This document shows positions 21,631 through 30,247 of a stretch of DNA of 64,000 bases, one piece after another. Numbering within the stretch: position 1 is the stretch's first letter; the number at the start of each line of letters is the position of its first letter. Origin of the DNA: Candidatus Bathyarchaeota archaeon. Lineage in GTDB: Archaea; Thermoproteota; Bathyarchaeia; Bathyarchaeales; Bathycorpusculaceae. Under the pieces are notes generated by a model. The model ran no database searches and had not been told where the DNA came from. It saw only the letters and a list, made by a program, of their open reading frames with translations. The position numbers and the translations under genes were made by a program. The stretch is from positions 1-64,000 of the forward strand of contig CAWHVC010000001.1 in the NCBI GenBank assembly GCA_963832745.1. Reading direction: 5' to 3'.

Positions 21631-22008
21631 TTTTATCGCCCGCAAACTACAGCATCAATGTTTGACTTATTATTTAAATTCAAAGATAAAACCGCTTGTC
21701 TACCTCTGTATATGTGATTGTGGTTTGGCTGTCACATATTTTTTTATTTTTTCTTTCCAACCATAGTATTGCGCGAACGCGCGCCGTTTGGCAGGTCGAC
21801 AGTTAGCAACACTGCGAATCAATTTATTCCCCCTTTCTCCCCTCTCTCTTCCTGAAATTTTTTTCCGAGCGTTTCGCAGAAAGCTAACTTAGGTTGACCC
21901 AGCCAAACTCTACTTTTGGACCCAAAAAAATTTCAACATATTAAGGGTTGGTTTATGCGTCAATAGCACATATCCCTTAGTGTTTACCCAAAAAAAGGCT
22001 GGTTTTAC

Positions 22009-22057
22009 CCTACCCCTATAGGTTTCTGCATACAATTTCTAATAGGATCCTAATAGG
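22009..22057. repeat. 49-bp palindromic non-coding element, copy 1
   Basis: CCTACCCCTATAGGTTTCTGCATACAATTTCTAATAGGATCCTAATAGG; 41/49 ungapped identity to 45861-45909. Confidence 0.85.
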
Positions 22058-22169
22058 TCGTTGCTATAGTCGACCGCCTTGTTTCAGACCTTTACTCATG
22101 CCCTGGGTTAATGCTTGCCTAAAATGGTTTCCTATTTGTCGCTGGTCTGCTTCTTAGGTGCTATTTGTT

Positions 22170-22493
22170 TTAGTAAAAGGCACTTTCAAACGCTTCTTTG
22201 GTTAATACGTTAATTAGTTCGGTTGTTAATGCATCTACCACATTGAATATTTGTTGGTCTACTATGGAGTATAGCCGTTTTGTTCCGTCTTTTCGGCATC
22301 TTACTATTCCGGCGTCTTTTAGGATTTTTAGGTGCCTTGATACGAGTGGCTGGATTAGATTTAGGCGGGGTACTATTTCGCAGACGCATTTTTCGCCGTC
22401 GCGCAGGTAGGATATGATTTCTAGTCTTATGGGGTCTGATAGGGCGTGGAATACTGTGGCTTTGAATCTGTTTTGGCTTTCAGGATTTGACAT
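22170..22493 (-). CDS. arsR: ArsR/SmtB transcriptional repressor
   Basis: FHALSDPIRLEI, metalloid-binding EKCVCEI, VSRHLKILKDAGIV. Confidence 0.88.
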   Translation of the reverse strand: MSNPESQNRFKATVFHALSDPIRLEIISYLRDGEKCVCEIVPRLNLIQPLVSRHLKILKDAGIVRCRKDGTKRLYSIVDQQIFNVVDALTTELINVLTKEAFESAFY

Positions 22494-22512
22494 GTTGGTT
22501 TGCAATATTTTG

Positions 22513-22536
22513 ATAACAATATTTAAAAGTTGTTAT
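22513..22536. promoter_or_regulatory. Inverted repeat around a TATA-like box in the divergent arsR/ferredoxin promoter (probable ArsR operator)
   Basis: ATAACAA-TATTTAAAAG-TTGTTAT. Confidence 0.5.
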
Positions 22537-22566
22537 GAATATTAAATTTTTGTTACTTGTTTTAAG

Positions 22567-22863
22567 GTGAACCATGATATGCCAGAAACCCAATACAAAG
22601 GAATACCCCGCAGCAAAATCCCTTGGGACCCAATCATAGATTACGCCAAATGCACAACCTGTGGAAAATGCGTAGACTTCTGCCATGTGGGTGCATTCAA
22701 ATTTGAAGAAACAAATGGAAAAAAACAAACAGTCGTAAACCCAAACCGTTGCGTAGTGTTCTGCCATGGCTGTGAAACCGTTTGTCCATTCGGGGCTATA
22801 ACACATCCTTCAGAAGAGGAAACCCAAAAAATCATCGACAAACTACAAACAGCCAAAGCCTAA
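22567..22863 (+). CDS. 2x[4Fe-4S] ferredoxin-family protein
   Basis: CTTCGKCVDFC and CVVFCHGCETVCP. Confidence 0.88.
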   Translation: MNHDMPETQYKGIPRSKIPWDPIIDYAKCTTCGKCVDFCHVGAFKFEETNGKKQTVVNPNRCVVFCHGCETVCPFGAITHPSEEETQKIIDKLQTAKA

Positions 22864-23108
22864 ATGGCTAAGCCGTTTTTTCTCTTTATTTGTGCCCTAA
22901 TTCTACTCGGAGCAAAAAATCCGTTAGCCAAGTGTTCCTTTTATTACATCTACTTTTACCCTGAAAATTCCATAGTATCTTAAAAGTCAAGGCAGTTGTT
23001 GCCAACTTTTTCGGAGTTGCTAAGCGTGCAGTGTCCATCTTTGTTGTTTATGCAGCTATTATTCTTGTTACAAAAAATTGCTCAAGCCATTCACCAAAAA
23101 TAGTGGGG

Positions 23109-23706
23109 TTAGGCGGGGATTTGCTGTTTTTGAGGAGTAGCCATTCCATACCAAAAGAAAACCTTGACTACAATTGCTGTGAATACGGCGGCAAGTGGTC
23201 TTGTTAAGACTGTTAAAGCGAATCCGTCTAATCCGTCGACTACGTTCATTGGAGACAGCTGTAGTAAAGTGAACAGTATTATGCCGCCTATTGTGGAAGC
23301 TATTACGCCTGAAAGGAGTATGCGTTTGAAATTGCTTGACCGCTTGTTTAAAGCGCCAGCCATGTAGCCAATCAGCATTGCGCTTAAGATGTAGCCTAAT
23401 AGAATGAGTCCTGAGCCTTCATACCTGCCGAAACTGTCATGCCAGTAAAGTGCATAGAAGGTTCCTAGGTAGGAAGCCTGTGGCGCCTCCTGCCCATTGA
23501 TTCCATAGCAATCCGAGTGCTAAGGGAACGGCAGTTATGATGACAAGTTCAAAAATTTCTGAAGTGATTCCGTAAACAGCTCCAAAGCCTCCCTCAGTTA
23601 GCGCTGAGAGCTGTGAAATTAGTACGATAACGAATATGGCGGTTATTGGGAGAATGATTCCGAATATTAAGTCATTTTTTGTCCATTTTTTCCAGTCTAG
23701 ACTCGT
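23109..23706 (-). pseudogene. Multi-pass membrane protein, paralog of 54187-54819; one frameshift and an ACG start
   Basis: Manual translation TSLDWKKWTKNDLIFGII...GLLWNQWAGGATGF, +1 insertion near 23468, then LGYILSAMLIGYMAGAL. Confidence 0.75.
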
Positions 23707-23796
23707 AAATAAGCACCTGCTTGTATCTCGTTAACTATATATAAATATATAAATTTTGTTATGATGTATTTTTTAAAAAACTGAAAAAAAATCGGC

Positions 23797-24618
23797 CTAT
23801 TTTTTGACCGCTGACACCTTAACACTAACCACACTATTTGACGCTTGCTTGATTTCACCCTCAGTCATATTTGACATTTTGATAGCTTCTTTCAAGCTCG
23901 ATTCGCAAATGACGTATTCAAGCGGATACGCTGTTTCATCAATAACTTTCACTTCCTCAAACCCTGATCCCTGAATTAATTCGATGTACCTATCTTTAAG
24001 CTCTGCACCAGCAACGCACCCCGCGTAAGCCTCAACATTATTCTGAATGGCTTCAGGCAGTTTCTTTAACAAAACGATGTCTGAAACCATCAACCGACCC
24101 TTTGGCGCCAAAACCCGAAAAGCCTCCTCAAACACACGCTTCTTATTCGGCGCAAGATTGATTACACAATTAGAAATTATCACATCAACCGAGTTGTCAG
24201 CTACTGGCAAATTTTCAATTTCCCCAAGCCTGAATTCAACGTTTGCGTATTTGCCTTTCTCTGCATTAGCTCTTGCTTTGTCAAGCATTTCCGGCGTCAT
24301 GTCAACCCCGATAACTCTGCCCTGCGGTCCAACTTTTTTGGCAGCCAAAAAACAATCAAACCCTGCGCCTGAACCTAAATCAAGAACTCTTTCGCCTTCT
24401 TTTAAAGATGCTAAAGCCGTGGGGTTGCCGCAGCCTAAACCCAGATTGGCACCGTCCGGAACAGCGTCCATTTCTTCTTGGCTGTAGCCAACCTTACTGC
24501 TAACTTGATTGTTGGCTGCTTGGCAGCAACTTACGTTTGAAGCACAGCATGAACCATTAGTTTTAGCAACCTTTGCATAACGGTTTCTGACAATTTTCTT
24601 AACTTTTTCCTCTTTCAA
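23797..24618 (-). CDS. arsM: Arsenite S-adenosylmethionine methyltransferase
   Basis: N-terminal CC pairs, GLGCGNP, VLDLGSGAGFD, ISNCVINL, GCVAGA. Confidence 0.93.
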   Translation of the reverse strand: MKEEKVKKIVRNRYAKVAKTNGSCCASNVSCCQAANNQVSSKVGYSQEEMDAVPDGANLGLGCGNPTALASLKEGERVLDLGSGAGFDCFLAAKKVGPQGRVIGVDMTPEMLDKARANAEKGKYANVEFRLGEIENLPVADNSVDVIISNCVINLAPNKKRVFEEAFRVLAPKGRLMVSDIVLLKKLPEAIQNNVEAYAGCVAGAELKDRYIELIQGSGFEEVKVIDETAYPLEYVICESSLKEAIKMSNMTEGEIKQASNSVVSVKVSAVKK

Positions 24619-24621
24619 ATT

Positions 24622-24879
24622 TTAACTCTCCTGTTTAGTAATTCCTTTAAGCAGCGGGCCGAGTGTTTTTGTTACAGCGCCTTTTAGTTTTTCAGTTTTT
24701 AACATCATGATGCAGCAGACTTCGCCGTTTTTTTCGGCTGTTACTATTGCGATTTTGTCGTTTGGGCTAAAGTTTGCTTTTTCTCGTAGGTCTTTTGGGA
24801 GTATGATTTGTCCTTTGGCGTCCATTGATATGACGGCTTCGATTTTGCAGGTGTCAGCTTCACATTCACAGTTATTCAT
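24622..24879 (-). CDS. AbrB/MazE-fold regulator, HgcC-like (HgcAB-associated family)
   Basis: CKIEAVISMDAKGQIILPKDLREKA...EVCCIM; directly upstream of arsM. Confidence 0.75.
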   Translation of the reverse strand: MNNCECEADTCKIEAVISMDAKGQIILPKDLREKANFSPNDKIAIVTAEKNGEVCCIMMLKTEKLKGAVTKTLGPLLKGITKQES

Positions 24880-24921
24880 GACAAATTGCCTCAATGTGTT
24901 TTGGTTTTCTGGATATTTAAA

Positions 24922-24941
24922 TTTTCTGATTTTTCAGAAAA
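24922..24941. promoter_or_regulatory. Perfect 8-bp inverted repeat upstream of the AbrB-like/arsM operon
   Basis: TTTTCTGA-TTTT-TCAGAAAA. Confidence 0.45.
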
Positions 24942-25059
24942 ATCTGATTAATTCGATTTTTAGTTATGTTTGTTACTTCACTATGTTATCACACATTCTT
25001 TTTAGTGATCGTAGGAAGTCCTTTTTCTGTACATCCAAACTTTAACTTGAGGGGTATGA

Positions 25060-26325
25060 GTGAATTATCTAAAAAATCAAACATTATCTATTCTGCTAAT
25101 CTTCACCATCGTAGCCGCTTTAACCCTGATCTTTATCATCCCAACCGCCAAAGCCGCATCAACCCTCCAAGTGCCCTCAGCAAATTACCCGACAATCCAA
25201 AGCGCACTTAACACCGCAAAAGACGGCGACACCATCAAAATCGCCGCTGGAACCTACAACGAAAACATCAACTACGACGGTTATGCCATCGCTGTAGCAA
25301 GCGGTTCATCCCAACCCAAAACTGGCGTAACCTTACAGGGATCAGAGGGTACAGTAATCAATGGCGCTGTAGGTCTTCTTTACCTTAAACAGTTTAAAAT
25401 TGAAAGAATAACAGTTACTGGCGGCTTGACTCTTGGAGACTGCAGAGCTTACGGGTACTTTACAGGCGGCGTTGTAAGTAATGTTCAGGTTGGGTCAACC
25501 CTTGCTATAGGCGGACCCGACAACAAGGTAATTGGCAGCACAGTTAACACTTTAACTCTTAAAGGTGGCAACACCAAAACAGAGTTTCCATCTTTCAACA
25601 CAATTATTGAAAACAATCGAATGAACGGCATCATTATACAAGCAGGCTCATACGCCAATACAATAAAAAGCAGCACGATTTCACAAGGCAAAACCGGCAT
25701 TTACGAAGAACCCTCAAAAACCTATTACACAACAGGAAACAACCAAATCATCAACAACACCATCGCAGACAATGAAGTCGGCATTTCCCTGTACTGTTCC
25801 ACAGGCGATAACGGCGCGGTCTCACATAATGCAGACACTGTTGCCCAAAACGTATTCAGAGACAACGCGGTAGGCTTGGAGCTTTCTGCATCCAACCAAT
25901 ATGTTTACGGCAACACAATCTACCACAACGACTTCATTGACAATAGTATTCAAATAAAAATCAACAATCCCGTAACCAACACTTGGGATGACGGGTCAGG
26001 AAAAGGTAACTACTGGAGCACCTATACCGGCAAAGATGGAAACGGTGACGGAATAGGCGACACACCATTCACGATTAATACTGAAAATCATGACAGTTAC
26101 CCCCTGATGAAACCTTGGTCAATCCCTACGTCCCTTTCAGCAACATCAACGCCTTCGTCTTCACAATCTGCCAATCAAGCATCTAGTTCACCTGCAAACG
26201 TTGACCCCAGCCAAACCCCGCTTGCAACAGCGCCAGAATTTACACCTTTTTTTGCGGCAGCTGGATTGGTAGTGGTTTCTTTATTGGCACTATTTTTCCT
26301 TAAACGTGGGAAGACCGTTTTTTAA
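25060..26325 (+). CDS. NosD/CASH beta-helix surface protein with PEF-like sorting signal
   Basis: YPTIQSALN, GTYNENI, IYHNDF, GNYWS, DGNGDGIGDTP; APEF followed by TM and basic tail. Confidence 0.85.
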   Translation: MNYLKNQTLSILLIFTIVAALTLIFIIPTAKAASTLQVPSANYPTIQSALNTAKDGDTIKIAAGTYNENINYDGYAIAVASGSSQPKTGVTLQGSEGTVINGAVGLLYLKQFKIERITVTGGLTLGDCRAYGYFTGGVVSNVQVGSTLAIGGPDNKVIGSTVNTLTLKGGNTKTEFPSFNTIIENNRMNGIIIQAGSYANTIKSSTISQGKTGIYEEPSKTYYTTGNNQIINNTIADNEVGISLYCSTGDNGAVSHNADTVAQNVFRDNAVGLELSASNQYVYGNTIYHNDFIDNSIQIKINNPVTNTWDDGSGKGNYWSTYTGKDGNGDGIGDTPFTINTENHDSYPLMKPWSIPTSLSATSTPSSSQSANQASSSPANVDPSQTPLATAPEFTPFFAAAGLVVVSLLALFFLKRGKTVF

Positions 26326-26551
26326 CCTCTTTTTTGGAGGTTTTTGCTCTTTTTTTCTTGATGTTTGCCTTGTTAAATTTGTTTATTATTGAATGTTTGT
26401 TTTTGTTATACACCAAAACTATTATAACGTAGCCGTACTACTAAATTGCTATTAGTAATAATAATTGAGTAATAATACTTCATTGCGAGAAAACTCGCTT
26501 TGATTATAGCTCAGAAAATAAACTTACATAATTTAAAGAAGGTGCATATTT

Positions 26552-27775
26552 ACGGGAACATCCCAAACATTTACGATTAAGTACGTTATACACGCAAGAT
26601 TTGAAATCGACGGTGTCGTCGAAAAACCTGATGTGATTGGCGCAGTTTTTGGACAAACCGAAGGACTTTTCGGTCCAGAACTTGATTTACGAGAACTGCA
26701 GAAAACCGGCCGCATAGGTAGAATCGAAATTGACCTACACAGCAAAAACGACCGCACAAACGGACAAATCACAATCCCAACAAGCCTTGACCGCGTTTCA
26801 ACCGCATTAATCGCAGCCAGCGTTGAAAGTATAAACCGTGTCGGACCATGCAGCGCCAAAGTTCTACTTGATAAAATCGAAGACATCCGTGAAGCAAGAC
26901 GAAAAGTAATCATCGACAGAGCCAAAGAAATCCTCCACAGATGGAACATTGAATCAATGCCAAGCGTCGATGAGGTTTACAAAGAAATCAGCGATACAAT
27001 GAAAGTCGGCAAAGTAGAAAAATACGGTCCCGAAGACCTCCCAGCTGGCCCAACACTTGAATCTTCAAGAGAAATAATTGTAGTCGAAGGACGCGCAGAC
27101 ATCATAAACCTGATGCGGTGCGGCTTAACAAATACAGTCGCACTTGAAGGCGCAAAAGTCCCAGACTCAATCAAACGCTTAACAAAAGAAAAAGAAGCCA
27201 CCGCGCTACTTGACGGCGACAGAGGCGGCGATTTAATCCAAAAAGAACTATTGCAGGTTACCAGCGTAAAGTACGTTGGTCGCGCTCCAAGAGGAAAAGA
27301 AATCGAAGAATGTAACTGCAAAGAAATCGCCGAAGCTCTTGACAATCGTGTTCCAGTTTCAGAACTCTACAAGCAGCAACAACAACCTCAGCAACAGCAG
27401 CTTCCACAAGCACCACCGCAACCGCCACAAAGAAAACCAGTTCCACCGCCAGAACGTGCACCACAGCGTCCACAAAAACCGCCAGTTCCAGAACAAATCA
27501 AAGAAAGCGTCAAAACCCTACAAGGCACCCTTGAAGCAGTATTGCTAAACGACAAGCTGGAACAAATCGAACGTTTACCCGTCAGCCAGTTGGCTGAAAA
27601 ACTGCAACAAATCACAGGTGTTGACTCAGTCGTGTTTGACGGCATAATCACTCAACGCATCGTCGACATAGCCGCTAACCAGCAAATTAAAAGAATCGTC
27701 GCGTCCAGAGTCTCCGAAGCAGTAAAGCCAGCCGCCAACGTAGAATTGGTAACTTTCCAACAAGCATCAAGCTAA
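26552..27775 (+). CDS. dnaG: Archaeal DnaG (TOPRIM, exosome-associated); N-terminus extends upstream of the ORF-track start
   Basis: KYVIHARFEIDGVVEKPDVIGAVFGQTEGL, VVEGRAD, DGDRGG, FDGIITQR; Q/P-rich linker; start placed at ACG 26552 by inference. Confidence 0.92.
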   Translation, partial: TGTSQTFTIKYVIHARFEIDGVVEKPDVIGAVFGQTEGLFGPELDLRELQKTGRIGRIEIDLHSKNDRTNGQITIPTSLDRVSTALIAASVESINRVGPCSAKVLLDKIEDIREARRKVIIDRAKEILHRWNIESMPSVDEVYKEISDTMKVGKVEKYGPEDLPAGPTLESSREIIVVEGRADIINLMRCGLTNTVALEGAKVPDSIKRLTKEKEATALLDGDRGGDLIQKELLQVTSVKYVGRAPRGKEIEECNCKEIAEALDNRVPVSELYKQQQQPQQQQLPQAPPQPPQRKPVPPPERAPQRPQKPPVPEQIKESVKTLQGTLEAVLLNDKLEQIERLPVSQLAEKLQQITGVDSVVFDGIITQRIVDIAANQQIKRIVASRVSEAVKPAANVELVTFQQASS

Positions 27776-27813
27776 GCAATTTTTCAAGCTTAGCCTTTAA
27801 CAAGTTTTTCTTT

Positions 27814-30192
27814 TTATTGTTTTTTCATGAAGTCTAACAGGCTTTTGGTATCTTCAACTTTAGATTCTCCTGACAGCAAATGCTGCTCTGTTACTCCGAA
27901 AAACTCCAGAATCCGTGTTGCAGCAGGCACAACTTGGTTAGTAACATAATATTCCGTGTCTACTTCATTGTAGTCTGCAAATAGGTAGGGTTTTACGCGG
28001 CTGTACAGGCGACCTTTACCTTTGAGGATGACGTAGCCGACTTTGTCGCCGGTGGTTAAACGCCAACCTTTGTTGGCAAGCATTTTTGCGGCTTCAACAT
28101 GCGAAGCCCTAACCGCGTAGCCATCAACAGGTTTGGTTAGGGTTTTCCAGATTACTAAATCCCTAAATGGGACTTTCCGTGCCCTTAAATCCGCGATGAC
28201 AGACTGTACATACTTGACGGCTTTGCTTGTTGACTCTTCTTTAAGAATGATTTCAAGCACATGCTCCTGGACGTTTTTAGCTACTTCCGCCCAGTCACCC
28301 CTGATAACCTCTAATCCAACAATATCCAAAGTGCCGTCACGACGCAAACCAGCATACCGTTTCTTAGCTTCAGTGAAGAACAAGCGCGTATAGACTTCGC
28401 CGACTTCAACCTCCAAGCCCCATCGCTGCCTAATCTCACTTTGCAACTCAAAAATGCTGTTTTGATTGTTTTTTAAAAACAGACTATCAGTGTCCCCGTA
28501 AACCACCGCTAAGCCTTTAGCTTCAGCCATTTTGGATGCGGTGAGAATGATATGTCTGCCCCAAGCGGATGCTGCTTCAGCGACAGGTTTAATGTACCAT
28601 CTGGCGCCGATCCAGCCGGCATAACCATAAGCTGCATTTGTGATGATTTTTGTGGCTTTCTGGCGGGCATCCAATACCTGAAACTCTGCTGACTTCGGGT
28701 TAAGTTGTTTCATTTTTTTGCGGATTGTGGCTCGTTCGCTTATTAGGTGTTCGAGGGCTTCTTTGTAGAAACCCGGCGGCGCTTTACGGAACTTGTAGTT
28801 GACTTCTGGGGCTATGTTTACGCCAGCTTCAGGCTCTGGGTACTCCGGCGCGATGTAGGTGTCTGGTGATAGGTTGTAGGTTATCATTATGTTTGGGTAC
28901 ATGGATTTGAAGTCCAACACTGCAATGTCTTCATGCAAGCCCGGTTTAGGTGTCAAAACTAGCCCTCCAGTGTACGGTATGTACTGTTGGGTTACCCGTT
29001 TTGGTGTTAACTCACCAATTTTTTGAACCTGTTTGATAAGGAAGCTCTCTACACGAAAACCAGTGGCGGCAGTCATTACATGGTCTAACGGCATCACGGT
29101 TAACGTTGAGAATTCTTCGCCAAAATCCAAAAGCAAACCGGCACACGCCAAAACCCGCCGCGCATTGTAAAGACTAAACTGTTTCAGTTCTTTACGCTTC
29201 TGCGGGTCGTCCCAGTAGGAGGCAAACTCGACATCCTCAATCGGCTGCTCCCTACCAGTTTTTACACCCAAATAATTTGCCAAATTCCACAGTGTCCGTA
29301 CTTTAACATCTGAGAAAACATCCATGAAATCCACCAAATCCACGTTAGTTCGCCCGGTAAAGGATATGTGCCCATACACGCTTGTGTGCGGTTCATTACC
29401 TGCCCTGTCAACGTCAAATGTTCGGCCAAGCATTCGACTACGTTTGACCAAGTAATTCCAGTCAGTGCTGTTGCCACCGTAACTGACGACCACGTCTGGG
29501 TCAAACTCCTGCATGTACTCTACAAACTGCTGTATTACTTGGCTGTCGTCGGTCGCCTGTAGGGTAAACTGGCGCTCTTCCCCATTGTTTGCGGCGGTAG
29601 ATATTATGATGACGGGGTTGCGGTCAGGTTTAGGCAAGCCCTCACGGCTGTAGCTCATCATGGAAAAACCCAAAACACGCAGCTCTGGCTTAGCGAGGCT
29701 TTCAAGCTGCTTCGGCGGCGCCTCTGCAACATACACTTTGTCTGCTCTAACCTTGATGTTTGGTTCCTCTTGACCTTCAGTTTCCATCCAACTGCAAGGT
29801 ACAATGTCATTATCGTAAAGGTACCGCATAGGTACTCGTATGTCATCTTCGAGGCAATCCTGCACTCCCTCAAACTTTCGGGCAGTCTTGGCAACAGTTG
29901 ACATCTGCTTGGTATTGCTACAGTAAACCTTAACTGCCTTTACAGGTTTGCCGAAATATCTGCGGTCAACCACTTCAACGTTTTTGACTGCAGCGCCGAA
30001 ACTGTCGCGGATTTTTTCTGCAACCACCGACTCGACCGTATCTTTGGTGAGTACAGCGTAAAAATAAGCCACAAAACCTTTATCTATCACAAGTATGCGG
30101 TTGCCCTGCTCGTCTATTCCCCAAAGTTGTATCTCAATTTTGGAATCATCAATTTTAGGGTTTAAATCAAGCAGCCAAAATTTTAGTTTCAA
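27814..30192 (-). CDS. polB: Family B DNA polymerase (PolB3-like) with degenerate exonuclease motifs
   Basis: DFKSMYP, KIITNAAYGY, YGDTDS, KKRYAG; N-terminal FWLLD. Confidence 0.95.
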   Translation of the reverse strand: MKLKFWLLDLNPKIDDSKIEIQLWGIDEQGNRILVIDKGFVAYFYAVLTKDTVESVVAEKIRDSFGAAVKNVEVVDRRYFGKPVKAVKVYCSNTKQMSTVAKTARKFEGVQDCLEDDIRVPMRYLYDNDIVPCSWMETEGQEEPNIKVRADKVYVAEAPPKQLESLAKPELRVLGFSMMSYSREGLPKPDRNPVIIISTAANNGEERQFTLQATDDSQVIQQFVEYMQEFDPDVVVSYGGNSTDWNYLVKRSRMLGRTFDVDRAGNEPHTSVYGHISFTGRTNVDLVDFMDVFSDVKVRTLWNLANYLGVKTGREQPIEDVEFASYWDDPQKRKELKQFSLYNARRVLACAGLLLDFGEEFSTLTVMPLDHVMTAATGFRVESFLIKQVQKIGELTPKRVTQQYIPYTGGLVLTPKPGLHEDIAVLDFKSMYPNIMITYNLSPDTYIAPEYPEPEAGVNIAPEVNYKFRKAPPGFYKEALEHLISERATIRKKMKQLNPKSAEFQVLDARQKATKIITNAAYGYAGWIGARWYIKPVAEAASAWGRHIILTASKMAEAKGLAVVYGDTDSLFLKNNQNSIFELQSEIRQRWGLEVEVGEVYTRLFFTEAKKRYAGLRRDGTLDIVGLEVIRGDWAEVAKNVQEHVLEIILKEESTSKAVKYVQSVIADLRARKVPFRDLVIWKTLTKPVDGYAVRASHVEAAKMLANKGWRLTTGDKVGYVILKGKGRLYSRVKPYLFADYNEVDTEYYVTNQVVPAATRILEFFGVTEQHLLSGESKVEDTKSLLDFMKKQ

Positions 30193-30247
30193 ACAGAGAA
30201 GCCTCTAAATTAGAAATGGCAGGTTTTGCCTTTAAACTTTCAATGTC

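Noticed and set aside
21820-21870. G-string-like tract as a replication-origin ORB
   Set aside because: No ORB core (TCCA-N-TGGA-like) and no cdc6/orc1 gene in the window.
22039-22057. The 49-bp element as a CRISPR repeat or DtxR operator
   Set aside because: Only two copies 24 kb apart with no spacers or cas genes; TAGG-N2-CCTA spacing differs from DtxR boxes and copy 2 is not in a promoter.
22567-22863. Ferredoxin as HgcB
   Set aside because: It lacks the C-terminal Cys-Cys tail and there is no hgcA next to it.
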